18,656 nucleotides of DNA from an uncultured Bdellovibrionales bacterium (GTDB lineage: Bacteria; Bdellovibrionota_C; UBA2361; JBGSMV01), in assembly GCA_964631745.1 (NCBI GenBank), contig CAZVWV010000022.1:15640-34295 (forward strand), in the 5' to 3' direction. The notes beneath the pieces are model-generated. The model did not search any database. It saw only the letters and a program-made list of their open reading frames with translations, and was not told the origin of the DNA. Each line of letters starts with the position of its first letter. The first letter of the stretch is position 1. Below are positions 1-7,645 of the stretch, one piece after another. The position numbers and the translations under genes were made by a program.

Positions 1-1
1 A

Positions 2-118
2 AAGCAAATTCCGATTTACGGTGAGGGCTTACAGATTCGTGAATGGATTCATGTGTTTAAGCTGGGTTTTTCGTGGCTTTGGAATGGGTGTACGCGCTAT
101 TTCACATATTGAACGATA
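2..118 (+). pseudogene. Fragment of an NAD-dependent epimerase/dehydratase (RmlB/dTDP-glucose 4,6-dehydratase-like) gene, truncated at the window edge and diverging after the conserved motif
   Basis: Frame from nt 2 translates KQIPIYGEGLQIREWIHV. This resembles the conserved P-[IV]-Y-G-x-G-x-Q-x-R-[DE]-[WF]-x-[YH]-V motif of RmlB/GalE-family C-terminal domains. It then runs into unrelated sequence and a stop at 116-118. Confidence 0.3.
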
Positions 119-316
119 ATTGGCATAACCAGTACAGGAGTCTGAATCTTATGGGTAGAGAAGCACCGCTGCAGAACGGCCGGCCTACGGGGGTGGGGCC
201 CGTCCCCGTCGAGCCGCTTGAGGGTTGGCCTTCGCCAGCGATAGGTGCCCATCTCGACGAGGAGGCTCTTTCACCGCGGCCCCTGACGCAACAAGCTAGA
301 GAGAAGCTCGAAGCCC

Positions 317-1420
317 GTGCCCGTGAACTTAAAGTATCGATTGCGGAGCTTCGCGAAAGTTTGTACGGCCAGCCTGTTCCAATCCTCAAAAAGCAAATTC
401 CAACAGAGGCCAGTAGTGCACTGCTCTCGCTTGCTAAGTGGGGCGGCCAGGTTAGCCAATGACAATCTTTTTGTGATGGGCGTAGTGGGTGCCACAGGAT
501 TGGGAATAGGGCATGCATATGGTTCGCATTTTCCCACTGCCCAAATGGCCTTTGGTATTCTCGCCATTGCAGAATTTTGTCTGTTAAAACTAGTTCTGCC
601 CCGTTTCGGAGAAAATTGCGGTTATTGGAACGAAAGCCGTGGGTATGACGTCCCTAGTTGGAATGAGCGCATGTCCCGTAGCCGGAATCCGTTAGTACGG
701 CTGCTGGGTGTATTGGGGAAATCACGAGAGCCAAAGGAGGTGAGGGAGGCCTATAAGCAAATTTGGGATTCCAGGCTTAGTGGGCAAGCTGCCTCTGTTT
801 ATAGGCAGGCTGATATTAGGAAACAGATCCGCTCCCTTGAAGAGACCTACGGAGAAACGTCATTGGTCGATGAGCGTAATTTCCTTGAAAGGCGTATTGT
901 TGAACTCTCACGCAAATTAAGCGGCCCAGATTCACCCGTGGAGAAGCAAGCGCGCGCATCCCTTGAGGCGGAATTAGGAAAATGGGAGCAGGAGCTCCGT
1001 TCGATACGTGAGAGGATCGGCGATGACGAGGAAAGAGAAGCTCAGAGGGAAGCGGCCGCTTTGGAGGTTGCGCGTGCCAGGAGTGAGGATAAGGAACGAA
1101 AGGCTTTACAAAAGGATTTGGATCAAGCGACGGCTCTCGATCCTGAGCCATTGAGTAGCCAGGAGCTGCGCAAGATCTTTAAGGAAACCACAACCGATCT
1201 AGAATTGATTCGCAAGCTCCTGGATAACGACCAGAAAAAGCGAGCCGAGGGGGTATTCGCGTTACGGGACATAAAAAACAACCCGTACATGCGGCTATTT
1301 AATATGCTTTACGAGGCAACGCCTGAGTCAGAACGGGAGGCCCTCTGCTTTAGATTCATCCAACAGCTAGCCGAACGGAAAGCCACGGCAGAGCATTCGA
1401 TCCCACTTGCCAATATGTAA
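317..1420 (+). CDS. Hypothetical protein with a long Glu/Arg/Lys-rich coiled-coil-like central region
   Basis: 367-codon ORF. The start is uncertain: a different-frame ORF at 73..462 overlaps the 5' end, and an internal Met (MSRSRNPL...) is possible. I recognise no family. The EELRSIRERIGDDEEREAQREAAALE stretch has a coiled-coil character. Confidence 0.4.
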   Translation: MPVNLKYRLRSFAKVCTASLFQSSKSKFQQRPVVHCSRLLSGAARLANDNLFVMGVVGATGLGIGHAYGSHFPTAQMAFGILAIAEFCLLKLVLPRFGENCGYWNESRGYDVPSWNERMSRSRNPLVRLLGVLGKSREPKEVREAYKQIWDSRLSGQAASVYRQADIRKQIRSLEETYGETSLVDERNFLERRIVELSRKLSGPDSPVEKQARASLEAELGKWEQELRSIRERIGDDEEREAQREAAALEVARARSEDKERKALQKDLDQATALDPEPLSSQELRKIFKETTTDLELIRKLLDNDQKKRAEGVFALRDIKNNPYMRLFNMLYEATPESEREALCFRFIQQLAERKATAEHSIPLANM

Positions 1421-1451
1421 GATATTACCCAACCAGAGCCCGAGCCCCCAA

Positions 1452-1904
1452 TCAACGTTTCTCGTACTCGCTCAAAAATCCGTAAAACTCCCGTCTGTGT
1501 TCCTCTTCGTCGCCGAGCAAGGTTACACAAAGATCCTGGGTGACGTAATCTTCGCCTTCACATAGTGAGATAATCAGTTTGTATTGCTTGATAGCGCCAT
1601 CCTCCGCGTCGATCACGCCCTTTATCACGGTGACCACATCTGTGGAATCAGCGGGTGGTTGCAATGACTTCTGAGCGGCGTGGAATTTGAAACTTCCGGG
1701 GACGCTGCCGCCTAAGACGCGGATGCGCGAGGCTATCTGTTGCGCGTGCCCCAGCTCGGCGGTGACATCGGCTGCTAATGATTTCTTGATCTCTTCCGCG
1801 CGTACGCCATCCAGGTTAACGGAATTTGCGAGATAGTTCTGCACTGTTTCTAATTCCATCCAATAGGCCGTGATTAAGGCATCTATTATTTTTGAGTTTG
1901 TCAT
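1452..1904 (-). CDS. Ferritin-like domain protein (Dps/bacterioferritin superfamily)
   Basis: 150 aa. The ...ELGHAQQIASRIRVLGGSVP... and ...DEEEHRREF... segments match the di-iron ferritin-like helices (E..H spacing, 'ERIxxLGG.P' motif). A GGGAGG Shine-Dalgarno lies 7 nt upstream of the ATG. Confidence 0.6.
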   Translation of the reverse strand: MTNSKIIDALITAYWMELETVQNYLANSVNLDGVRAEEIKKSLAADVTAELGHAQQIASRIRVLGGSVPGSFKFHAAQKSLQPPADSTDVVTVIKGVIDAEDGAIKQYKLIISLCEGEDYVTQDLCVTLLGDEEEHRREFYGFLSEYEKR

Positions 1905-2027
1905 GAGGTCCTCCCGTTGATTTGTTATTTATGATGCCACTATAGGCCAGCAGGGCAACTTTGAAAAGTTGTGTATCGTTGAAGCATGCTGGTCCATAGC
2001 GCTGTTCTATAGGTACAATTCTTTCCT

Positions 2028-3146
2028 ATGTCCATTCGATACGTTCTGGTACTTTTGTCGATCGCCGCGCTCCTATTAATGGGTTACCTCGCCTTACCAG
2101 ATATTATCGCAACACAGAGCACAAAATGGCTTTTAGCCCGAGGCTTTACTGAAGTGAGCTTCGTTCCAACTTTACCGGGGCTTTCTGGGGTTGAGCTGCA
2201 TGGCGTGAAGTTTACATACGTGGTTGCGGGCCGAACCCTGCGAGGCCAAACTAGCACTCTAACACTGAGCTACGACCTGTTTGGAGATAACGAAGACGTC
2301 CTCTCGGAAATCGAATTCTCGGAGGCGACTCTCCATATTGCTGAGCCCGCTGCCGTAGCGGCCTCTGTGCGCCAGGGCCAGCCATCTTTTAGCAGCGCTA
2401 TCTTGAAGCAGACCTTATCAGAGTTACCATTAGGTACACTAACAGCAAATCATCTTAAAATTAACACTGACGAATTTGGAGATTTTGAGATCGATACGCT
2501 GCGTGCCAAAAAACAAGAACCTCTTTCGATCGAAGGGACTTATCAAAAATCAGGAATTTCGTATCGAGGGTCTTTACGAGTGCTGGCAACATCGGGCAAG
2601 TTGGTTAGCCGCGGAATACTTTCTAGCGCTGAAAAGGCGCTTTTGCCACTTAGTATGTCTGCTGACATCTTGGACAGTCAGCATATTGCCCTTACCGCAG
2701 AGGACCTGAACTTTGCGGCTCTTATCTCTCTTTATTCTAAAGATGCCCTAAAGGTAACAGGTACTTTCAACACGCAGTTTACACTGAATCTTGCCAAGGG
2801 TGGTGTTTCTATCCAAGACGGTAAGTTCCGGGCCGCTCCACCGGGTGGGATAATTCAGTACGAGCCGGGCGATTTGTCGGCAGCATCTGCGCCGGGGCTT
2901 GAAATCGCCTTTCAGGCGCTCAAAAACTTTCATTACAGTTCGCTAAATGGGACTGTCGATTTACACAGCGACGGCAAGCTGCTTTTAGGTTTTGAAATTA
3001 CGGGCCAAAACCCGGATTGGCAAGCTGGCCGTGCTGTAAACTTCAATCTAAATGTTGAGGAGAACCTCTACGAGCTAATACGCACGATTAGGCTTACCTC
3101 TGATGTAGAAGGTGAGCTTAAGTCTGTAATAGGGCAGGGGAATTGA
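2028..3146 (+). CDS. ydbH: YdbH-like (AsmA/DctA-YdbH family) membrane-anchored protein, short form
   Basis: N-terminal TM helix (LVLLSIAALLLMGYLALP). It sits immediately upstream of ynbE and ydbL in the conserved ydbH-ynbE-ydbL arrangement. At 372 aa it is much shorter than E. coli YdbH (~880 aa). Confidence 0.55.
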   Translation: MSIRYVLVLLSIAALLLMGYLALPDIIATQSTKWLLARGFTEVSFVPTLPGLSGVELHGVKFTYVVAGRTLRGQTSTLTLSYDLFGDNEDVLSEIEFSEATLHIAEPAAVAASVRQGQPSFSSAILKQTLSELPLGTLTANHLKINTDEFGDFEIDTLRAKKQEPLSIEGTYQKSGISYRGSLRVLATSGKLVSRGILSSAEKALLPLSMSADILDSQHIALTAEDLNFAALISLYSKDALKVTGTFNTQFTLNLAKGGVSIQDGKFRAAPPGGIIQYEPGDLSAASAPGLEIAFQALKNFHYSSLNGTVDLHSDGKLLLGFEITGQNPDWQAGRAVNFNLNVEENLYELIRTIRLTSDVEGELKSVIGQGN

Positions 3147-3188
3147 GCGCTCCTGGTGCTCTTTACGAAATTCAGTTAGAACTTGGTA

Positions 3189-3377
3189 ATGGAGAAGATC
3201 GCACTACTCACCTGTCTGATATTGTTGGCCGTTACGGCCTGTACCCCTAAGGTCGAGCTCTCGACCTCGGATAAACCGATCACAATCAATATGAACTTAA
3301 AGATCGACCATGAGGTGCGAGTCAAGGTTGAGCGAGATCTTGATCAAGTTGTTGGGAAAGATAGTAAATTATTCTAG
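3189..3377 (+). CDS. ynbE: YnbE-family small lipoprotein
   Basis: MEKIALLTCLILLAVTAC lipobox, followed by the characteristic TPKVELSTSDKPITINMNLKIDHEVRVKVERDLDQV of YnbE. I take the ATG at 3189; the track's TTG at 3183 is less likely. Confidence 0.8.
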   Translation: MEKIALLTCLILLAVTACTPKVELSTSDKPITINMNLKIDHEVRVKVERDLDQVVGKDSKLF

Positions 3378-3388
3378 TGAGAAACAAG

Positions 3389-3742
3389 ATGAGAATAATA
3401 ACGAAAAGATTTGTGCGCTGCTTTCCGATTCTGGCACTTATGTTTATTTCGATTAGTGCGGGAAGTGCTTATGCACTTGGTCTAGATGAAGGCAAGGCCA
3501 AAGGACTGGTGGGAGAGCAACAAAATGGCTATTTAGGGGCGGTAAGCGGCAGTCCGGCTGCTGATGTCAGCGCCCTCGTGGCCGATATTAATCGGCAACG
3601 TAAAGCAAAGTACCAGGAGATCGCCACAAAAAACGGCACGACGGTTACAGCCGTGGAGCTGCTCGCCGCCAAGAAAGCGATTCAGGGGACGGCCGCCGGA
3701 AATTATGTTCAGAATGAAGCCGGCGCTTGGGTGCGGAAATAG
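3389..3742 (+). CDS. ydbL: YdbL-family (DUF1318) periplasmic protein
   Basis: Signal peptide MRIITKRFVRCFPILALMFISISAGSAYA, then GLDEGKAKGLVGEQQNGYLG...RQRKAKYQEIA, typical of YdbL. It follows ynbE directly. I take the ATG at 3389 over the track's GTG at 3377. Confidence 0.75.
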   Translation: MRIITKRFVRCFPILALMFISISAGSAYALGLDEGKAKGLVGEQQNGYLGAVSGSPAADVSALVADINRQRKAKYQEIATKNGTTVTAVELLAAKKAIQGTAAGNYVQNEAGAWVRK

Positions 3743-3958
3743 GAGCTGCCGCGCCGTTGACTTGGCGGCCGGTGTGCATAGTGGCACTGCTTTTCAGGGC
3801 GTGGCCACTACCGGCTCGCACCTGGTGCTGCCTGTCGGCCTAAAAATTAGTACAACTTTTTGGCATCGGCTGGCGCGGTCGCCTGCGCTAAATCTTATTA
3901 CTCGTTGCTGCATATTTCCCGGGCGTTCTCTATTTGAGAAGCCATACTCTTTCCATGG

Positions 3959-4573
3959 TTACATATAAGCAACGGATTCGCTATAGGAGGGTCTCTCCGC
4001 GAGCTCCTCCTCGGGAATCTCTGCTAAAGTTGCACCGGCAACCTCACGTTCCGGGGGCTGGGCAGATTGGCGAATGGCGCGCTGTATGGCAACGGCACTG
4101 CGAAGATTGAGCCCTTCGATGCGCGCAAAGCGTGTCTCAGATTCAGTCTCTGCCTGTCCCGGCGTGACGATATCGAGGGAATAGAGCCCCAGTATAAGAT
4201 GCTGAAAATCTCTAGCTAAACGCAGGGCGGTAATCTTATCTGTAGGAAAACTCCAGCGCTGCCTCAGCAGAACTCCCTTTGAAATTGAGAACGTATTGTG
4301 GTTCAGGTCGATTCTAAAGAAATGATGCTGCAAAGCCGCCCAAATAATAGCGCCGCTAAGCATAAGGAAGACAAAGCCAAGCAACACAAACTCTTCAAGC
4401 TCCAAGTTTCTAAAGAGATGCAGCTCACGCCCGAGAATCCCGTTTTCGACGCTTGTTAGACTGATTAGCGCTAGAATGGAGAATGCAAGCACGATCCATT
4501 TCAATGAACGTAATAGAATAAATCTTCTTGAGAGCCCAACCAAACGTCCGTTTCTGACTGCCATAATTCCCAT
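3959..4573 (-). CDS. Bacterial PH-domain (bPH_2, YdbS/YdbT-like) membrane protein
   Basis: Two predicted N-terminal TM helices, followed by a region resembling the bPH_2 fold (RQRWSFPTDKITALRLARDFQHLILGLYSLDIVTPG). Convergent with ydbL. Confidence 0.55.
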   Translation of the reverse strand: MGIMAVRNGRLVGLSRRFILLRSLKWIVLAFSILALISLTSVENGILGRELHLFRNLELEEFVLLGFVFLMLSGAIIWAALQHHFFRIDLNHNTFSISKGVLLRQRWSFPTDKITALRLARDFQHLILGLYSLDIVTPGQAETESETRFARIEGLNLRSAVAIQRAIRQSAQPPEREVAGATLAEIPEEELAERPSYSESVAYM

Positions 4574-4780
4574 ACAAATTACCTCACCACGGCGAATGGG
4601 ACGCTAAGGACACTTCGATATTCAAACTTTTCGGTTAGACCTGAGTTGGAATATGATGGTAATCAGGTAAGTGCCCACGCTATTGTTCCAGGCTTTAATT
4701 CAATATTTCTGGCTAAGCGAAGGTATACCGCTTTTCTGAATAGGACTCAGGAGGCTTGGATGGTCCCGTTTTGTCTTTTT

Positions 4781-4809
4781 TTGGCCTAACCTAGCGTTGG
4801 CTCTATAAT
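4781..4809 (+). promoter_or_regulatory. Near-consensus sigma70 promoter TTGGCC-N17-TATAAT directed toward the cassette array
   Basis: TTGGCC at 4781-4786, a 17-bp spacer, TATAAT at 4804-4809, and a T-rich tract immediately upstream (UP-like). Confidence 0.4.
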
Positions 4810-4864
4810 CAGGATGTTTATGAGCCAGGTAGCTATAATTGCCGTCGAATCAGCCATCCCCCAA

Positions 4865-4929
4865 TTGACCGATAAGTTCACTTATCGGTCAATATTAGAT
4901 GTTACTGCCGAAGTGAACTATCGGTCAAT
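4865..4929. promoter_or_regulatory. Operator-like repeats: a perfect 12-bp inverted repeat (TTGACCGATAAG-TTCA-CTTATCGGTCAA) plus a third half-site (AACTATCGGTCAAT)
   Basis: Palindrome at 4865-4892. A direct repeat of its right half lies at 4916-4929 (GTTCAC/GTGAAC, then TATCGGTCAAT). All lie 55-120 bp downstream of the promoter at 4781-4809. Confidence 0.35.
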
Positions 4930-4977
4930 TCAGGTATCTACTCCCTGCCGGAATCCCGATCACTCTCGCTATCTGGG

Positions 4978-5331
4978 TTAAAAATCATAGTCGTAAATTT
5001 GTCCAACGCTTCCGCGGCACGTGCCCTTCTTTCGGCCAGCCGCCTCTATACCTTCAGGATCAACTTTCCGCATATATTCCCAAACGACGAAGGGCGCAGA
5101 AGAAAGAACGCGAAAAATGAATGCGCCCATTTCGCGTATCTTGCGAATTGCCAAGGTAAAATTAAAGGATGGGATCCGTGCAAGGTATTTAAAACTGCCG
5201 TGCGACTTACTGATGCCGAACTGACCAGCGTTGTTCCCAGGATCGGCTTGCCTCTGAGCAATTCGAGTCGCTTCAAAAGGCGCCTTAATCAAGTTACCCT
5301 CCCCTACTTGAGAATCCACTGGTGCAAGCAC
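4978..5331 (-). CDS. Hypothetical ORF of uncertain coding status
   Basis: Longest ORF in the 4.6-5.5 kb gap. No family recognised. It overlaps plus-strand ORFs of similar length, so it may be non-coding remnant DNA. Confidence 0.15.
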   Translation of the reverse strand: MLAPVDSQVGEGNLIKAPFEATRIAQRQADPGNNAGQFGISKSHGSFKYLARIPSFNFTLAIRKIREMGAFIFRVLSSAPFVVWEYMRKVDPEGIEAAGRKKGTCRGSVGQIYDYDF

Positions 5332-5510
5332 CTCAAGCGGGCTTTTGGTTCCGGTCGGCCCACATTCCGCGACGTGAGTGTACCGATCTTTATTCCCCTT
5401 CCCAAATCGATTTGGATTGGGCTAGTACTTGTGGAGCCTTGGTCAAAACGCAGAAACCCATAGACTTTTTGCCAAACAACCCAAGCTTACAAATATGTTG
5501 AGATGGGCGG

Positions 5511-5609
5511 CATAACACCCGAATTCTCCCGTCAGCGGGGCGCGACCACTTTGGGTAATTTGGCTTGACTAAATGGCCCCGCTGCGGGAGATTCGGCAAC
5601 ACATTAGCT
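5511..5609 (+). repeat. attC-like site, family 1 copy A
   Basis: cATAACa ... CCGAaTTCTCCCGtCAGCGGGGC ... TTGACT ... GCCCCGCTGCGGGAGATTCGG ... cATTAGC. One of four ~95-bp copies (see 9575, 16385, 16779) that are about 80-90% identical. Imperfect dyad, with extra bases only in the 5' arm. Confidence 0.7.
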
Positions 5610-5629
5610 TGCTTGTATGTGATGGTATT

Positions 5630-6040
5630 ATGATGGCCCGAGACATTAGTAAAGTTTTTTGTATGACCGCAGCTCTTTCAAGCTTCGCGCTTGGAGTAAC
5701 CGGTTGTGATAACTTGAATCCTGGATCCGATCCTTCATTTTTGGGAAGAATAGGTACCGCTGACTTATATCTTAAGGAGATTGGCGGTAGGAGTTACTTA
5801 GTCGTAGACGACGATCCTGGCACTGCTTGCATAGAACATCACCCAAAATCAAAATTAGATAACATTGCCCACAGCTTTAGCAGTCAACTTGAGGGGAAGG
5901 CTGGCGACGTTGAGCTCTATACAGTTGAGGTCGATGGCACCAAATATCTTTTATCTCTAAACTACCTTACGAATCGCGGCCATGGATGTGATTTAATACT
6001 GATCCCAGAAGGGGCAAGTGGCGACACTCTCGCAAGATAA
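5630..6040 (+). CDS. Cassette-borne small lipoprotein, function unknown
   Basis: MMARDISKVFCMTAALSSFALGVTGC signal with lipobox. TAA stop at 6038-6040 is embedded in the GATAAC R'' box of the next attC. I take the ATG at 5630 because the track's ATG at 5573 lies inside attC-A. Confidence 0.5.
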   Translation: MMARDISKVFCMTAALSSFALGVTGCDNLNPGSDPSFLGRIGTADLYLKEIGGRSYLVVDDDPGTACIEHHPKSKLDNIAHSFSSQLEGKAGDVELYTVEVDGTKYLLSLNYLTNRGHGCDLILIPEGASGDTLAR

Positions 6041-6132
6041 CACCGGCCCGAAACTGACCGCGCCCCTTGAGTACTCGTGGCGCCATGATATTATATCTGG
6101 GGCGCGGCAGTTTTGGCCGCGAACCGTTATCC
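6035..6132 (+). repeat. attC-like site, family 4 copy a
   Basis: GATAACACCGGCCCGAAACTGACCGCGCCCC ... GGGGCGCGGCAGTTTTGGCCGCGAACCGTTATCC. About 85% identical to the copy at 9005-9101. Unpaired bases in the left arm. Confidence 0.65.
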
Positions 6133-6139
6133 ACTCATT

Positions 6140-6610
6140 ATGAACCAAACTAAAGCCGAGTATTACAAGAGCTTGCCGGCCAAGAGAATGGGCGCTGGCG
6201 TTCTTTTCTTTAATGATCAAAATGAACTCTTGCTCGTGCAACCAACCTACAAAGACACTTGGGAAATTCCAGGTGGCATTGTTGAACTAAGCGAATCACC
6301 GCGTGATGCAGTGCTCCGCGAAGTTCATGAGGAGCTAGGTTTAAAGATTGAACCTGAACTACTTAATTTTACATGCATTGAATATATGTCTGCGGGCAAA
6401 GAGATCTCGGAGTCCTTAATGTTTGTATTCTCGGGAGGGGTGCTTACTGAAAACATTATTAACCAGATTAACTTAGAATCTTCCGAACTCAAATCATTTA
6501 AGTTTGTTCCACCGAGTAGTATCACTGAATTTCTCGGACCAATTCTCGGGTCGAGAATCATAAAATGTCTTGAATCATCTAGTTGCTTTTACTCGGAAAA
6601 CAAATACTAG
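6140..6610 (+). CDS. NUDIX hydrolase
   Basis: Canonical Nudix box GGIVELSESPRDAVLREVHEELGL (Gx5Ex7REUxEExGU). I take the ATG at 6140 because the track's TTG at 6113 lies inside the attC. The TAG stop lies 5 nt before the next R''. Confidence 0.85.
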   Translation: MNQTKAEYYKSLPAKRMGAGVLFFNDQNELLLVQPTYKDTWEIPGGIVELSESPRDAVLREVHEELGLKIEPELLNFTCIEYMSAGKEISESLMFVFSGGVLTENIINQINLESSELKSFKFVPPSSITEFLGPILGSRIIKCLESSSCFYSENKY

Positions 6611-6613
6611 AGT

Positions 6614-6712
6614 GGATAACAAGCCGGTGCACTTGATGCGAAACTCTTGGCTTTTCCGGGTGTTTTGGGGCACTATTGGAGAGTTTCGCACAAGTGACCC
6701 TAAACTTTATCT
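6614..6712 (+). repeat. attC-like site, family 6
   Basis: GATAAC at 6615-6620. Arms GCACTTGaTGCGAAACTCTtGGC and GGAGAGTTTCGCACAAGTGA, with a ~26-nt loop. Variant R' is CTTTATC. Confidence 0.5.
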
Positions 6713-6721
6713 TCCTAACTT

Positions 6722-7276
6722 TTACTCACGCCCAAAACCGATCTTTCCCTTTCTCCCTCTCTGCATCGGTTCCTTCGGTTGAGCGTTAATTAACTCCCGA
6801 ATGCTATTGAACACCACTTTAAATTGGGCGTCATAACGCCGCTCTAGTTCGTCTAATCGTTTCGCGAACTCTTTGTTACTTGCTAGAATCTGCCGCATCC
6901 GGACAAACGCTCTGATGATCGCTATATTCACATGAATAGCTCTCTCACTATTCAAAACACTGGAAAGCATTGAAATTCCGTGCTCAGTGAACGCGTATGG
7001 CAGGTTTCGTCGGCCAGGCTTACCACTTGAGGTCACAATTTGTGACCGTAAAGCCGTGTATTCTTGGCTAGTTAGCTGAAACATGAAGTCCGCCGGGAAT
7101 CTTTCCACGTTTCGCTTTACAGCCTGTACCAGCGCCTTCGTTCTTACTTGGTAAAGTCTGGCTAGATCCTCGTCCAGCATTACCTTCTCACCTCTAATGA
7201 AGTAAATTGATTGCTCCAGCCGTTCAACAGGTATTACAGAACTGTTCTTTTTATTCATCGTTTCCCAAACTATCAT
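6722..7276 (-). CDS. ORF6N-domain (KilA-N-like / antirepressor-type DNA-binding) protein
   Basis: N-terminal IYFIRGEKVMLDEDLARLYQVRTKALVQAVKRNVERFPADFMFQLT is the ORF6N signature. The ORF is inverted within its cassette and sits next to the family-2 attC. Confidence 0.75.
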   Translation of the reverse strand: MIVWETMNKKNSSVIPVERLEQSIYFIRGEKVMLDEDLARLYQVRTKALVQAVKRNVERFPADFMFQLTSQEYTALRSQIVTSSGKPGRRNLPYAFTEHGISMLSSVLNSERAIHVNIAIIRAFVRMRQILASNKEFAKRLDELERRYDAQFKVVFNSIRELINAQPKEPMQRGRKGKIGFGRE

Positions 7277-7302
7277 GCCATTATCCGCTTAGACAACGCG
7301 GA

Positions 7303-7381
7303 AGATAACCATTGAATTCACGATATTTCGCGCTTTAGAATCAGTTTGGCGCGAAAATCGTGATTCAACAGAACGTTGGAC
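7303..7381 (+). repeat. attC-like site, family 2 copy a
   Basis: GATAACC ATTGAATTCACGATATTTCGCGC ... GGCGCGAAAATCGTGATTCAACA GAACGTTGGAC. The R' GTTGGAC is a perfect GTTRRRY. Confidence 0.65.
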
Positions 7382-7436
7382 TGAGCCGCGCAGTAGCGCG
7401 GAGGATCCTAAGCGAGAATTTGAATCGTAAGAGTAA

Positions 7437-7464
7437 GACCGGCACCGACCGGTCATTTTTTTTT
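7437..7464 (+). terminator. Rho-independent terminator at the 5' end of a cassette
   Basis: GACCGG-CACCGA-CCGGTC hairpin followed by a T9 run. It lies 60 nt after the cassette boundary within a conserved leader (7382-7465). A weaker copy lies at 14433-14515. Confidence 0.6.
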
Positions 7465-7645
7465 GCGAAAAGCGTGAGGATGTGTGCCGGTGGTTCAAGT
7501 CCCATCGCCGCCCCGACCGCCCGAACCTAGTGCCGAACCTAGTGTAGCTGAAAAGTAGAAAAGAATCTTGGCGAAAGTTCCATCCCTGATGGTGTAAAAG
7601 AGACCTGACTAAAGAAACTCATTTACAACCATCAGGGAGGAATTC

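Noticed and set aside
1451-1460. ACGTT/AACGTT pentamers outside the array (e.g. 1453) as possible R' cores
   Set aside because: A palindromic pentamer is expected many times by chance. No flanking dyad or R'' box is present.
3564-3968. Overlapping or antisense ORFs on the track, for example 3564..3968, 102..518, 816..1151, 2476..2709, 7850..8290, 8557..8970, 10479..10751 and 15552..15863
   Set aside because: They lie inside or antisense to well-supported genes. They have no recognisable motifs and show biased (Arg/Ser/Pro-rich) composition typical of off-frame translation.
4574-4780. tRNA or tmRNA next to the array boundary
   Set aside because: No cloverleaf-compatible segment with a GTTCRANNC T-loop or an acceptor-stem pairing was found.
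4817-4987. 56-codon ORF starting in the operator-like region
   Set aside because: Its repeated 'YRSI' peptide simply mirrors the DNA repeat, and there is no Shine-Dalgarno. Treated as non-coding regulatory DNA.
4574-5510. Searched all six frames for a degraded intI (tyrosine recombinase) gene
   Set aside because: No frame shows recombinase motifs (R..HTLRHSFAT, LLGH..TT.IYTH). Only short overlapping ORFs with no recognisable family are present.
6113-6139. Upstream alternative starts that fall inside attC sites: TTG for NUDIX at 6113, ATG at 5573, the track start 13243, and the track start 15947
   Set aside because: Cassette ORFs begin after the crossover point. In-frame ATGs downstream of each attC (6140, 5630, 13363, 16013) give sensible N-termini (Nudix N-terminus, lipoprotein signal, TM helix).
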